A DNA stretch of 64,000 bases from Pedosphaera sp. (GCA_017853715.1 JAFMIZ010000003.1:20611-84610); one strand, 5' to 3'. Shown: positions 55,281-64,000, numbered from the stretch's first letter. The notes: a model not told the origin generated them from the sequence alone. A program made the numbers and translations.

Positions 55281-56072
55281 TCAATGCTCTGCGAGGTGTT
55301 TGGTCAGCCGAACAATTTCTTCCAAAGCCGCCCGCTGATTCAACTTCAACTCCCGGCGCAAGACCTGTTTGAGTCTCGTGACTTCACGGCTGCGACCACA
55401 TGACTTCAATTGCTGGAGAATCGCTTCAGTATCTTGGATCGCACCCAGGGATTCTTGGGTTGATACCAGCACTCTGACCATTCGGTCGCGGGCAACCGGT
55501 CGGGCAGTGGCTGCCAGCTCTCGCAGATATCGCCAGCGCCGGATGTCCCGGCGCAATTCGTGAAGGTCGGTCAGGGACAGTGGGTCCGCGCGCTGGATCG
55601 TTTCCAGGCACCGCGCTGAAGCGGCGCTGGTCCATTGATGAAAGCGGCGGTTCAGTTTTTCAGCATCTCCCCGCTTGATGAGCTTGAGTTTGATTGCCCG
55701 TAGTTTTGATTTCATTTGCTTCAACACCTTCTCCGAGCGGCGGCATTGTTTGGCGCGTTCGCGCAGCAACCGAGTCAACAGGGCAGGGGAGGCGTGCATG
55801 TGCTTCGCCCATTCCAGCGCTACATCGGCATCGCGTGGTGGTGCGAAGGTGTCCATCACTTTGCGGGCGGTGAGGCGGAAGCTCCTGATGCGCTCGCGGG
55901 CCTGCCGCTGGTTACTGAGTTGCAGCAGCAACCGGGTGCGGCGTAATGAAACCCGGAGATCATGCACCGCCGCGCTATTGAGTGGACCGCGTCTTCGCAG
56001 CAGGTGGCTGATGCGGGTCAGGTTCGCATCGAGCGCGCGCTGCCACTGTTTGCGGAGCTGCTTCGGGGACAT
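55281..56072 (-). CDS. Stand-alone CHAD domain protein (polyphosphate-granule associated family)
   Basis: 263 aa, all-helical, with His/Arg-rich CHAD signatures (VHDLRVSLRRTRLLLQL, LHELRRDIRRWRYL). Confidence 0.8.
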   Translation of the reverse strand: MSPKQLRKQWQRALDANLTRISHLLRRRGPLNSAAVHDLRVSLRRTRLLLQLSNQRQARERIRSFRLTARKVMDTFAPPRDADVALEWAKHMHASPALLTRLLRERAKQCRRSEKVLKQMKSKLRAIKLKLIKRGDAEKLNRRFHQWTSAASARCLETIQRADPLSLTDLHELRRDIRRWRYLRELAATARPVARDRMVRVLVSTQESLGAIQDTEAILQQLKSCGRSREVTRLKQVLRRELKLNQRAALEEIVRLTKHLAEH

Positions 56073-56152
56073 GCACAGATACGATTTCCTTTTCCGCGCG
56101 CGGGGGCAATTTTCAGTTGTTCACAATGTATTTCCGCAAGGCAGCAAGATTG

Positions 56153-56174
56153 CTGTGTCCTAATTGTAACAATC
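56153..56174 (+). promoter_or_regulatory. Pho-box-like tandem 11-bp repeat (CTGTGTCCTAA TTGTAACAATC)
   Basis: Near-copy of 17965-17986. Lies in the divergent region between the CHAD gene and the small-ORF operon, 41 bp upstream of ATG 56215. Confidence 0.4.
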
Positions 56175-56214
56175 CTTCCCCTGGCCTGACACATCCCCGG
56201 GGCACCTTGCGCGC

Positions 56215-56391
56215 ATGACTTTGAAGCTTGGACTCATGCACTCACCGCGATCTTCCAACCGCCTGCCGGTTGAGGCGATAGACTTTTACGCGCCGCGCCG
56301 GGTGACCTTGTCTGCCGCCAGTCCGATGGAATTTTTGGTGCGCTTGCGGGAAACCCGTCGGCGCATGCGACGAAGCTGGAAAGGAGATTGA
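56215..56391 (+). CDS. Possible small ORF (58 aa, Arg-rich)
   Basis: ATG at 56215 to TGA at 56389-56391 (MTLKLGLMHSPRSSNRLPVEAIDFYAPRRVTLSAASPMEFLVRLRETRRRMRRSWKGD). Below the ORF-track size cutoff. Its 3' end contains the AAGGAG Shine-Dalgarno (SD) sequence of the next ORF. Confidence 0.3.
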   Translation: MTLKLGLMHSPRSSNRLPVEAIDFYAPRRVTLSAASPMEFLVRLRETRRRMRRSWKGD

Positions 56392-56393
56392 CC

Positions 56394-56711
56394 ATGCGAT
56401 TCAACTACCGCCCTTCATGTCAGTTGTCGCCCGGGTTTGAACGCCTGAGCCCTTCATGTTCAATCAACCGGATCGACTTTGATGTTCCGCAGCCTTCCCG
56501 GGCCGAGCAATTGCTCGCGCGGCTGCTGGCCCGGGCTTTTGGGGCTTTTCCAGAATCCCATTTCAAGCGCCCCTTGGTGCGCGCCGCCAAGGAAGCCGCC
56601 CGCATGACTCAGGACACGGGTTACGCTGTCCCGTTGCTGCCCGAGTTGTTTGCCGAACTGGCCCTGCGGGAAATGCTTCGCGCTGAGTACCTGCGCATGG
56701 GCCGGATTTGA
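56394..56711 (+). CDS. Hypothetical protein (105 aa)
   Basis: ATG at 56394, preceded by AAGGAG at 56381-56386 (7-nt spacing). No recognisable motif. Lies 25 nt upstream of the acyltransferase gene. Confidence 0.5.
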   Translation: MRFNYRPSCQLSPGFERLSPSCSINRIDFDVPQPSRAEQLLARLLARAFGAFPESHFKRPLVRAAKEAARMTQDTGYAVPLLPELFAELALREMLRAEYLRMGRI

Positions 56712-56736
56712 AACACGTGACTTCATACGCACACCA

Positions 56737-57513
56737 ATGATCGTCGAATCCGTCAGCGCACCCACCATCAAAGCTTCACGACTAGCCTCAACCACCGAGG
56801 CTTACACCGTTCGCCTCGCATCTTCACTCGTGGAGATTCGAGCCACGCAAGCGCTGCGGTTCAACGTCTTCAATCTCGAACTCAATGAGGGCCTGGCCGA
56901 GTCCTACGTCACGGGTCTCGACGTGGATGCCTTTGACACGGTTTGCGATCACCTGCTGGTCGAGCACGTGGCGACGGGTTGTATTGTGGGAACCTATCGC
57001 CTGCAGACGGGCCCCATGGCGGCGGCGAATCTCGGTTACTACAGCGCACAGGAATTTGATTTCGCCCCGTTCGAGCCGCTGCGAAACGAAGTCGTTGAAC
57101 TGGGCCGCGCCTGCGTGGATCGGTTGCATCGCAATCTCATCGTGCTGGGGTTGCTGTGGAAGGGCATCGCGCAATATGCCAACGCGCGGGGCTGCCGATA
57201 CTTGATTGGGTGCAGTTCATTGCCCTCGGTGGATCCGAAGGCGGGTGCGCGTGTTTATTCTGATCTGTGCCGGCGGCATCTGGTGGAGCCATCGCTTCGC
57301 ACCAATCCACTGCCGCACTGCGAGTGTTCATTGCGTGAACTTGACGAGGACGCTCCCGAAGTGCCCAAGCTGCTGCGCGCCTACCTCGGCATGGGCGCGA
57401 AGATTTGCGGCGTGCCTGCGATAGACCGTCAGTTTGGCACCATTGATTTCCTGACGTTGTTGGACCTCGAGGCGCTGCCCGCCTTGGCGCGAGCCCGGTT
57501 TCTTGGGGTCTAG
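56737..57513 (+). CDS. GNAT-fold N-acyl amino acid synthase / OlsB-like acyltransferase (Acetyltransf_5 type)
   Basis: Start at ATG 56737. RATQALRFNVFNLEL, GTYRLQTG, VELGRACVDRLHRN and YLGMGAKICGVPAIDRQFGTIDFLTLLD match the hemolysin-like/OlsB family as I recall it. Confidence 0.8.
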   Translation: MIVESVSAPTIKASRLASTTEAYTVRLASSLVEIRATQALRFNVFNLELNEGLAESYVTGLDVDAFDTVCDHLLVEHVATGCIVGTYRLQTGPMAAANLGYYSAQEFDFAPFEPLRNEVVELGRACVDRLHRNLIVLGLLWKGIAQYANARGCRYLIGCSSLPSVDPKAGARVYSDLCRRHLVEPSLRTNPLPHCECSLRELDEDAPEVPKLLRAYLGMGAKICGVPAIDRQFGTIDFLTLLDLEALPALARARFLGV

Positions 57514-57596
57514 CCAAATGCTTTGACACCGGTTCTCGGTCACCTCCGAGCGATTGTTCTGGCGTGCAGTCGCCCCTGTTCGACTCGGTATCATGG

Positions 57597-57645
57597 GGCT
57601 GCTTCCTTGCGGGAGGAAGCGGCCCTCTCCTTTTTTGCTTTTTCC
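57597..57645 (+). terminator. Intrinsic terminator after the acyltransferase operon
   Basis: GGCTGCTTCCT-tgcggg-AGGAAGCGGCC (1 mismatch) followed by CTCTCCTTTTTTGCTTTTT. Confidence 0.7.
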
Positions 57646-57739
57646 GGAAAATGTAACAATTGGTTGCTTGTGCGGGGGGCGTCGCGCGTTACCCTGCGCA
57701 GTTGTAAACCAGCAACAGTTTGATTTGGGAGCACACGCT

Positions 57740-58051
57740 ATGAGCAAAGCCGTATCAAAGAAGAAAAGCAGTCCCACCTTGCCGCAAAAGATTGAAGCCG
57801 CCACCAAGCATGTGCGCGCGGCGGATCACCGTAAGACTCTGCTCGAAGCCCGTGCGCGCGGTGCGAAGGCCAGCGTGAAGGCCGCCAAGAAGGCGCTCAA
57901 GCTTCTCAAGAAGGCCGTGCGCAAGGCGAACAAAGTCGCGCGAAAAGCACACAAGCAACTCAGCACTTTGGTGAAGGAGGCGAACAAGCGGCCTGACAAA
58001 GTGAAGGCCAAAGTCACTCGCAAGCGCCCGGTGCGGGCTGCTTATCGTTAG
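57740..58051 (+). CDS. Lys/Ala/Arg-rich histone-H1-like basic protein
   Basis: ATG at 57740, preceded by GGGAG. 103 aa, with runs such as KAAKKALKLLKKAVRKANKVARKAHK. The longer track ORF (57554) starts in non-coding-looking sequence. Confidence 0.65.
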   Translation: MSKAVSKKKSSPTLPQKIEAATKHVRAADHRKTLLEARARGAKASVKAAKKALKLLKKAVRKANKVARKAHKQLSTLVKEANKRPDKVKAKVTRKRPVRAAYR

Positions 58052-58100
58052 GGCCAGACGGGTCAACCCTCCCAATTCCGGCCATTTTCGGGCGTCTGGC

Positions 58101-59315
58101 TCACTCGGCCCGGCCTACCGGCTTCGGCAGGCCGCGATACACCAACAGAAATAAGACACTGATGACTGCCACGAGCGCTGACAATGCACCCCAAAAGACC
58201 GGCCAACGGGTGATGCTACCGGTAGTGCACATTGCAAACCACCATCCCGTCCCCAAATACCCCAGCAGGTTGCCCACCCCGCCGTTCACGACGGACATCA
58301 ATGCTTGCGCGCGTGCCCGCCATTCCTTGTCTACTCGCTGGTCCAGATAGATCTGGGCTGTGATGAACACGAAGGTGAATGAAAACCCGTGCAACGCCAC
58401 ACCCGCCAGCAACCAGCTCCTGGTGTCCAGCGCGCTCAGAGCAAATCGGATGATGCCGAAACCAAGTCCCAGACAAAAAATCCACTTCAAGCGCCAGCGC
58501 AACAGCAGTCCGCCCAAGGTGAACATGGCGATGATTTCGGTCACTTGGCCCAAGCTCAGCCATGCGCTGGTGTGTTGTAGACCCAGCTCGCGCAGGTGCG
58601 CCGGCGCATAGGGGTAGAACGACGCGAGTGGAATGCAATACAACGCAACCGTGATGAAAACCATTCGATGATCTCGATCCTTGAGCAGCGTCAAGGCATC
58701 CAGTCCCAGCCGTTCATGCCACTTCAGGGCGACGTCGGACTTGGGCGGGTCGTCATCTGGCAGTATGAAAGTGTAAGCGACCAATAACAACCAGAGCGCC
58801 GTGCCGGTGTAGCCCGCGAGAGTGTTGGCGTCCGCGTCCAACAAGCTGACCAACCAGCACCCCGCCATCCAGCCGAGGGTTGCCAGGGCGCGCACCGGGC
58901 CGAACTGACTGCGCGAATCCGCCAGCCGCGAGAAGACAATGGTTGAAGTAATGCTCCAGCTCGGCGCCGCGCAGAGCGCGAATAATTGTATCAATCCCAG
59001 CACCACCCCCGCCGGCCAGTGCTGGCCAATGGCGGTGGTGGCCAGGGCCATGGCGCAGGCGGATGCGAGCGCCAGAAACCGCATGACTTTCACGGGCGAC
59101 GCGTGCCGGTCGGCCATCGCGCCAAAAAACAGCGGCGAAATGAACGCCGCCACGGCTGACGCGGCGAAGGCAAAAGGCTTGATGCCATGATACCCGTGCG
59201 CATCCAGCACCGGGCTTAACGGCACGAACCAAATGCCCAACGCCGCTCCTTGGATGAAAAACAATCCCAGCAGCTCGAGGTATTCCAGTTTGCGGATGGC
59301 CCGTAGCACCGGCAT
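58101..59315 (-). CDS. MFS transporter, nucleoside:H+ symporter-like (NupG/YegT family)
   Basis: Start at ATG 59315 (MPVLRAIRKLEYLELLGLFFIQGAALGIWFVPLSPVL). 12 predicted TM helices. ISPLFFGAMADRH resembles the YegT/NupG motif. Confidence 0.8.
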   Translation of the reverse strand: MPVLRAIRKLEYLELLGLFFIQGAALGIWFVPLSPVLDAHGYHGIKPFAFAASAVAAFISPLFFGAMADRHASPVKVMRFLALASACAMALATTAIGQHWPAGVVLGLIQLFALCAAPSWSITSTIVFSRLADSRSQFGPVRALATLGWMAGCWLVSLLDADANTLAGYTGTALWLLLVAYTFILPDDDPPKSDVALKWHERLGLDALTLLKDRDHRMVFITVALYCIPLASFYPYAPAHLRELGLQHTSAWLSLGQVTEIIAMFTLGGLLLRWRLKWIFCLGLGFGIIRFALSALDTRSWLLAGVALHGFSFTFVFITAQIYLDQRVDKEWRARAQALMSVVNGGVGNLLGYLGTGWWFAMCTTGSITRWPVFWGALSALVAVISVLFLLVYRGLPKPVGRAE

Positions 59316-59400
59316 AGGACACACGGGGGCGCACCAAAGCACAAGTCCTCGCTGCGCAGCCCAGACTTGCTGGCTTTCGTTTGAACATGCTGCTCCAGCC

Positions 59401-59910
59401 ATGTCCGAGTTGCAAATGATTCAAATTCTGCCCGCGCTGAAGCGGATTTGCCCGACCTCGACGCCCTGGCGAGGGTCATTTGGCACGCGCATTGCCCGGA
59501 AATCATTTCGCGAGAGCAGATCGAGTTCATGTTGAGCCGGATGTATTCGTTGCCGACCCTGCGGGATGACCCGTACGTGCGAAATATCTGCTTCGTTCGC
59601 CTGCTGGTCGGCGGCCGGATGGGTGGTTTTGCTGCTTACGGTCCCACGGACGGGCCTGCAACCTTCCTGTTGCATAAACTCCATCTGCTCCCGGAATTGC
59701 ACGGGCGCGTGCTGGCGTGCCTTTTGCCTGGGCACTGTGAAGCGGACGCAATGGAATTGGGTGCGCGTCAACTCAAGCTGCGCGTAAACAAACAGAATCT
59801 ACAGGCCATCACGTTCTAACAACGCCACGGCTACCGTTCTTTAGAATCTGTGCGCATTGCCATCGGCGGCGGTTTCGTGATGGATGACTTCGTGATGCTC
59901 AAAACGCTGG
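59401..59910 (+). pseudogene. GNAT N-acetyltransferase gene disrupted by a 1-nt frameshift and an in-frame TAA
   Basis: ATG 59401 gives MSELQMIQILPA, then the family sequence continues in another frame (AEADLPDLDALARVIWHAHCPEIISREQIEFML...). TAA at 59817-59819 falls where GNATs have FY (NLQAITF*QRHGY), and the frame continues as RIAIGGGFVMDDFVMLKTL. The 3' limit is uncertain. Confidence 0.6.
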
Positions 59911-60058
59911 GTGCCGTAAGCTGGTTGCCCACTTCGCGGAGCTGCGTCCACGGAGTGCTGTCAACCTGGAATTTGGGTGGCGCAGAATTTTGGCGTGTGT
60001 ATTTGAGTTTATGCCGGAGAGACGGTATGGTCCCACTTCATAAATTTTACGGGCAGCT

Positions 60059-60496
60059 ATGTTTCAAAGAATCGGCAGCATGTTTGGCAATGGCGGGAAC
60101 CAGCCCAAGAACGGGCAGCCTGGTCCCACGCCGGGGACGTCGTCTCCCGTGATGGGGCGGCCGATGGACCGCAAACCGACTTACTCGAAAGTTTTCCGTT
60201 GGACGTTGCCGGACGGTGAAACTGAGGAGCCGCGCAGCGTGGAGGTGGTGGGTTCATTCACGGACTGGCAACGCGTGCCTTTGTTGAAGGATCCCAAGGT
60301 CAAGACCTGGCACGCCACCGTGCAGAACATTCCCGGCAACAAGACGCATCATTACATGTTGCTCGTAAATGGCCAACCAACGGTGGACAAAGGCTGCGAT
60401 GGTTATGCCTTGCCGCAGGGATATCAAGAAGAGCGTTATGCCATCCAGACCGCCCGCGGTCCGCGCATGTTCATGCTGTTCGCGCAGACCAAGTAG
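60059..60496 (+). CDS. CBM48/AMPK-beta-like glycogen-binding domain protein
   Basis: 145 aa. VFRWTLPDG...VEVVGSFTDWQRVPL...WHATVQNIPGNKTHHYMLLVNGQ matches the AMPK1_CBM pattern. Confidence 0.7.
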   Translation: MFQRIGSMFGNGGNQPKNGQPGPTPGTSSPVMGRPMDRKPTYSKVFRWTLPDGETEEPRSVEVVGSFTDWQRVPLLKDPKVKTWHATVQNIPGNKTHHYMLLVNGQPTVDKGCDGYALPQGYQEERYAIQTARGPRMFMLFAQTK

Positions 60497-60500
60497 TTTC

Positions 60501-61253
60501 TCAGCCCAGCACAATTTCCACCGGGCAATGGTCTGAGCCCATGACGTGGGGCAGGATGCGGGCCTTCTTCAGCCGCGGACGCAGCGCCGGGCTGATCAGG
60601 AAGTAGTCGATGCGCCAGCCCACGTTCCGACCGCGGGCACCTGCCATCGGGCTCCACCAGGAATAGTGCCCCCCGCCTGGCTCGAATTCACGGAAAGTAT
60701 CCACGAACCCGGCTTTCACCAGTGCCCCAAAACCGTTGCGCTCCTCAATCGTGAACCCGTGGTTCCGCACGTTTGCCTTGGGGTTCGCGAGGTCAATCTC
60801 CCGGTGGGCCACGTTGAGGTCGCCACAGAAGATCACGGGTTTGGTGCGTTCCAGCTTCTTGAGATATTTTAGGAAGGCCACGTCCCACTCCTGACGATAC
60901 GGCAAGCGCTCCAGTTCACGCTTGGAGTTCGGCGTGTAAACATTGACGAGGTGGAACTCGGGATACTCAGCGGTCATGACGCGCCCCTCACGATCATGCT
61001 CGGCGAGGCCCATGCCGTTGGTGACGTTCAAGGGGCGGGTCCTCGTGAAGATGGCCGTGCCGCTATAACCCTTCTTCTCGGCGCAGTTCCAAAACGTGCT
61101 GTAGTGCGCGGGCCAAAGCTGTTCGACGTCGTCCGGCGTGCATTTGGTCTCCTGCAAGCACAGCATGTCGGGCTTTTCGTCGGCGAGGAATTCCAAAAAG
61201 TTCTTTTTCAGAACCGCTCGCAGCCCGTTGACGTTCCACGAAATCAATTTCAC
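60501..61253 (-). CDS. xthA: Exodeoxyribonuclease III
   Basis: 250 aa. [32 protein letters not shown]. Confidence 0.95.
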   Translation of the reverse strand: MKLISWNVNGLRAVLKKNFLEFLADEKPDMLCLQETKCTPDDVEQLWPAHYSTFWNCAEKKGYSGTAIFTRTRPLNVTNGMGLAEHDREGRVMTAEYPEFHLVNVYTPNSKRELERLPYRQEWDVAFLKYLKKLERTKPVIFCGDLNVAHREIDLANPKANVRNHGFTIEERNGFGALVKAGFVDTFREFEPGGGHYSWWSPMAGARGRNVGWRIDYFLISPALRPRLKKARILPHVMGSDHCPVEIVLG

Positions 61254-61388
61254 GCAGCGGAACGTAGCAGCGGACTCAGAACCGCTCCACCCGAAACCTC
61301 TATCCGGTCGGAGCCACCGTGTAGAGGTTCACACTGGATCGCTGGACTCTCAGCTGGAGCCTCCCGAGGGCGGCTCCAGCGGAATCTG

Positions 61389-62150
61389 CTACAGCAGTTC
61401 TTTCAGCTTCGGCTCGATGGCGTTGGCCCAGATCTCGTAGCCTTTCTCGGAGAGATGCAGGTGATCCGGCATGATGTCTTTGCTGATGGAACCGTCCGCT
61501 TCGACCAGCTGTGAGCCGAAGTCGAGATAGTGGATCATCTTGCCGTCCGCCTGCTTTGCGAGCGCCTGGTTGATCTGCAGCAGTCTGCCTCGTTGCGGAC
61601 TAAAGGTTGTGCTTCTGGGAAAGATGCCCAAGACCAGAAGTTTGGTTTGCGGCAGGCGCTCGCGGATTTGTTTCACGACCGTCTGCACGCCCTCCAGGAT
61701 TTGCCCGGTTGAATAGTGTTCGGAGCCGTCCTTGTTGGTGTTGGAGTTGTTCGTGCCGATCATGAGCACGGCGACCTTGGGATCGAGACCATCCAACTGG
61801 CCATTCTCAAAGCGCCACAGCACATGCTCCGTGCGGTCGCCGCCCACGCCGAGATTCAGGCATTTGCGATCCCCGTAAAACTTGGTCCAGACATTCGAGC
61901 CCGACCTCTCCCAACCCTGTGTGATCGAGTCCCCGATGAACACGATGTCGTAGGTGCCGGGGGCTGCCTTTGCGCGTTCCATGACGACATTTTGCCGCTC
62001 CAAACCTTTACCGCTGGGACGTGATACGGGCACGATGGCGGGGTTCACGGCTTGCGCCTCAGCAACCGTGGAAGTGGTCTGAGCAGGGGCAACAAGGTGG
62101 GTGGCCGCCAATGCGATGGCGATGAATCCGATGGAGAAGGAGTGCTTCAT
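61389..62150 (-). CDS. Secreted SGNH/GDSL hydrolase (PAF-acetylhydrolase Ib-like esterase)
   Basis: Start at ATG 62150 (signal peptide MKHSFSIGFIAIALAATHL). Block I FIGDSITQGW, then GVGGDRTEHVLWR, GTNN, and a DHLH-type block V. Confidence 0.85.
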   Translation of the reverse strand: MKHSFSIGFIAIALAATHLVAPAQTTSTVAEAQAVNPAIVPVSRPSGKGLERQNVVMERAKAAPGTYDIVFIGDSITQGWERSGSNVWTKFYGDRKCLNLGVGGDRTEHVLWRFENGQLDGLDPKVAVLMIGTNNSNTNKDGSEHYSTGQILEGVQTVVKQIRERLPQTKLLVLGIFPRSTTFSPQRGRLLQINQALAKQADGKMIHYLDFGSQLVEADGSISKDIMPDHLHLSEKGYEIWANAIEPKLKELL

Positions 62151-62203
62151 GGTGTGCTTCGTGTGTCGGCCGATAATTCGGACGCAGGGGCTTGATGCTT
62201 TGT

Positions 62204-63124
62204 TCAACTCATTTCTGCCCGGACAGTTTCGAGCAGTTTCTTGGTGGCGCGGATGCCGGCGTATTCGTCGATTGCGGTGCCTTCGTATTCGATGCCGACG
62301 TATCCGCGATAGCCGGCCGCTTTTACAATCTTGAGGATGCGGCGATAGTCCATCTTGGACTCGTTACCGGCTGCATCAAATTCGTAGGACTTGGCGCTGA
62401 CGCCCTTCGCGAACGGTATGAGTTCCTCGATGCCCTGATAGCGGTCATATTCCTCGCCTTTGGCGCGATCAATATAAAAGTTTCCGAAGTCCGGCAGCGT
62501 GCCCACGTAGGGCTTGTTCACCATGCGCATCACGCCCGACAACCAGGCGCCGTTTGATGACAACCCGCCATGGTTTTCCACGATCGTGTTGATGCCGAGA
62601 GAGTGCGTGTGTTCACCGAGCCGCGCCAGCCCGTCGGCCGCGCGCTTCTGCTGTTCCTCAAAGTTGCCGACGTTGCCGGTCGCGGCGTTTACGCGGATGC
62701 TGTGACAGCCAAGGAACTTCGCCGCTTCCGCCCACTTGTGATGATTCTCCACCGCTTTGGCCCGGCCTGTGTTACTTGGGTCGCCCAGATTGCCTTCGCC
62801 GTCGCACATGATGAGCACGCTCCGCACGCCTTCGCCATCGCAGATCGCTTTCAACTCGCGCAGATAGGCTTCGTCGCGGGCCTTATCCTTGAAGAACTGG
62901 TTCACATATTCCACGGCATGGATGTCAAAATCACGTCGGGCCACTTTGGGAAAATCCAGATTGGCTAGTTTCCCAGCTCGTAGCGCCTTGTGCAGTGACC
63001 ATTCGGCGAGGGAGATTTCAAACCATGGCTCGCGTGTGTCCAAGGTGGCGCAACCGGTGAGGGGGGTGGCGGCGATTCCGGCAGCAGCAACCCCGGAAAC
63101 TTGGAGGAACTGTCGACGATTCAT
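62204..63124 (-). CDS. Tat-exported sugar phosphate isomerase/epimerase (xylose isomerase-like TIM barrel)
   Basis: 306 aa. Twin-arginine signal MNRRQFLQVSGVAAAG. TIM-barrel pattern (VRSVLIMCDGEGN, IVENHGG). Confidence 0.85.
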   Translation of the reverse strand: MNRRQFLQVSGVAAAGIAATPLTGCATLDTREPWFEISLAEWSLHKALRAGKLANLDFPKVARRDFDIHAVEYVNQFFKDKARDEAYLRELKAICDGEGVRSVLIMCDGEGNLGDPSNTGRAKAVENHHKWAEAAKFLGCHSIRVNAATGNVGNFEEQQKRAADGLARLGEHTHSLGINTIVENHGGLSSNGAWLSGVMRMVNKPYVGTLPDFGNFYIDRAKGEEYDRYQGIEELIPFAKGVSAKSYEFDAAGNESKMDYRRILKIVKAAGYRGYVGIEYEGTAIDEYAGIRATKKLLETVRAEMS

Positions 63125-63369
63125 GGGGCGGATGGTTGTTAATGATCACGCCTTGGTCAATGGGAACTTTGCCGTCCCGGCTCTGCGCCGTCGCTCAACC
63201 GGCCTCGCCGCTGCAATGCCCGCGCCAGGTCGTGCTTGCCCGGGCAAAGGGAGGCTCCCGCAGCAGCCTGCGAACGTGCGGCTAAATTGATGGTGAAATT
63301 TGCTTACTCCGCCCGGCGGTTTTTGCCACGCTCGCGGCGGTGAAAGTTAACCCTAAAATCTGTTGCTTT

Positions 63370-64000
63370 ATGCCGGTCCCGAATCCATTTGCTTGCCGGC
63401 GCTGTCTGATGCCGTTTTTTGCGGTGGCCTGTCTTGCCGGGTATTTGCGCGCAGACAATCTTGCTCTCAAGCTGGATGGCCAGGGCAGCTACATGGAATT
63501 ACCGGCTGCGGGATACGAGGGTTTGACTCATGCAACGGTCGAAGCCTGGGTCAAATGGGATGCGTTGAACAATTACGCGAGGGTGTTCGAGTTCGGTTCA
63601 TCGTGGAAATCCATGGCTGTCATTAATAACGCCAAAACGGATGACCTGCGGTTTAATCTTGATCCGCATTTTGCTATAACTGACCCGGCAGCGAGCAACA
63701 TCATTTGGGTCACCAATGCCATTCGCGTAAGTGAGTGGATGCATTTGGCTGCCGTATCGGGGCCAGCCGGAATGCAGCTGTACCTCAACGGCCGATTGGT
63801 TGGCCAGCATACCAATACGACCAGCTTTGCGCCCTTGGCAAAAAATGCGCGTTTTGTCCTCGGTCATGGGCTGATCGAAAACTCCGCTGATCAGGATTTC
63901 CAGGGGGAGATGGACGAAATACGGATTTGGAACTACCGGCGGAGCGCCGCCCAGATTCGTGGAGACATGTTCAAGCAGCTCAAAGGAAATGAACCCGGTC
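63370..64000 (+). CDS. LamG/concanavalin-A-like lectin domain protein (5' partial, runs off the window)
   Basis: The frame from ATG 63370 is open to the window end and is not in the ORF track. Signal-like N-terminus, then LKLDGQGSYMELP...THATVEAWVKW...WMHLAAVSG...LYLNGRLVG...FQGEMDEIRIWNYRRSAAQI, the classic LamG pattern. Confidence 0.8.
   Translation, partial: MPVPNPFACRRCLMPFFAVACLAGYLRADNLALKLDGQGSYMELPAAGYEGLTHATVEAWVKWDALNNYARVFEFGSSWKSMAVINNAKTDDLRFNLDPHFAITDPAASNIIWVTNAIRVSEWMHLAAVSGPAGMQLYLNGRLVGQHTNTTSFAPLAKNARFVLGHGLIENSADQDFQGEMDEIRIWNYRRSAAQIRGDMFKQLKGNEPG

Noticed and set aside
1-64000. Prophage, integrative element or genomic island boundaries
   Set aside because: No integrase, transposase, tRNA attachment site, phage structural gene or abrupt change in composition is visible by eye. 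The repeats present are short non-autonomous REP-like units.

Overview
GC-rich bacterial chromosomal window with about 60 protein genes. I found no rRNA, tRNA, CRISPR array, transposase or integrase. Secreted sulfatases, Tat-signal TIM-barrel isomerases, LamG proteins and the intergenic repeat families suggest a Verrucomicrobiota/Planctomycetota-like organism; this is inference only. Order of content: recG; envelope genes (DUF748/AsmA-like); copA; sulfatase; a TetR-MFP-RND efflux operon; a porin-led pstSCAB-phoU operon; a block of uncharacterised lipoprotein and outer-membrane genes; an OprO/P-like porin with a secreted HAD phosphatase and a second sulfatase; arsR-arsC-arsM-acr3; an atypical Ser/Thr kinase; an AraC regulator. 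Next comes a TonB2/Ttp-type cluster (DUF3450, large MotA/ExbB, ExbB, two ExbD, TonB, TPR), followed by a TonB-dependent receptor and a large secreted protein. The window ends with a CHAD gene, a small-ORF plus N-acyl amino acid synthase operon, a Lys-rich histone-H1-like gene and housekeeping genes (xthA, SGNH esterase and others). The points most worth a second look are these: (1) the secreted protein carries an in-frame 1,332-bp tandem duplication whose 1,052-bp core is identical while its flanks have diverged. (2) The Ttp/TonB + receptor + secreted-protein locus looks like a self-contained uptake system of unknown substrate. (3) Pho-box-like 11-bp-phased motifs recur in front of the pst operon, the CHAD/small-ORF region, the Ttp cluster and the secreted protein, including an exact 19-nt match between the last two. 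(4) REP/MITE-like palindromic repeats invade operons and even supply gene ends. (5) Several small genes are broken by nonsense codons at expected Trp/Tyr positions or by 1-nt frameshifts. (6) A three-gene envelope operon has no assignable function. All family assignments come from motifs read by eye and recalled family architecture; no database search was run.
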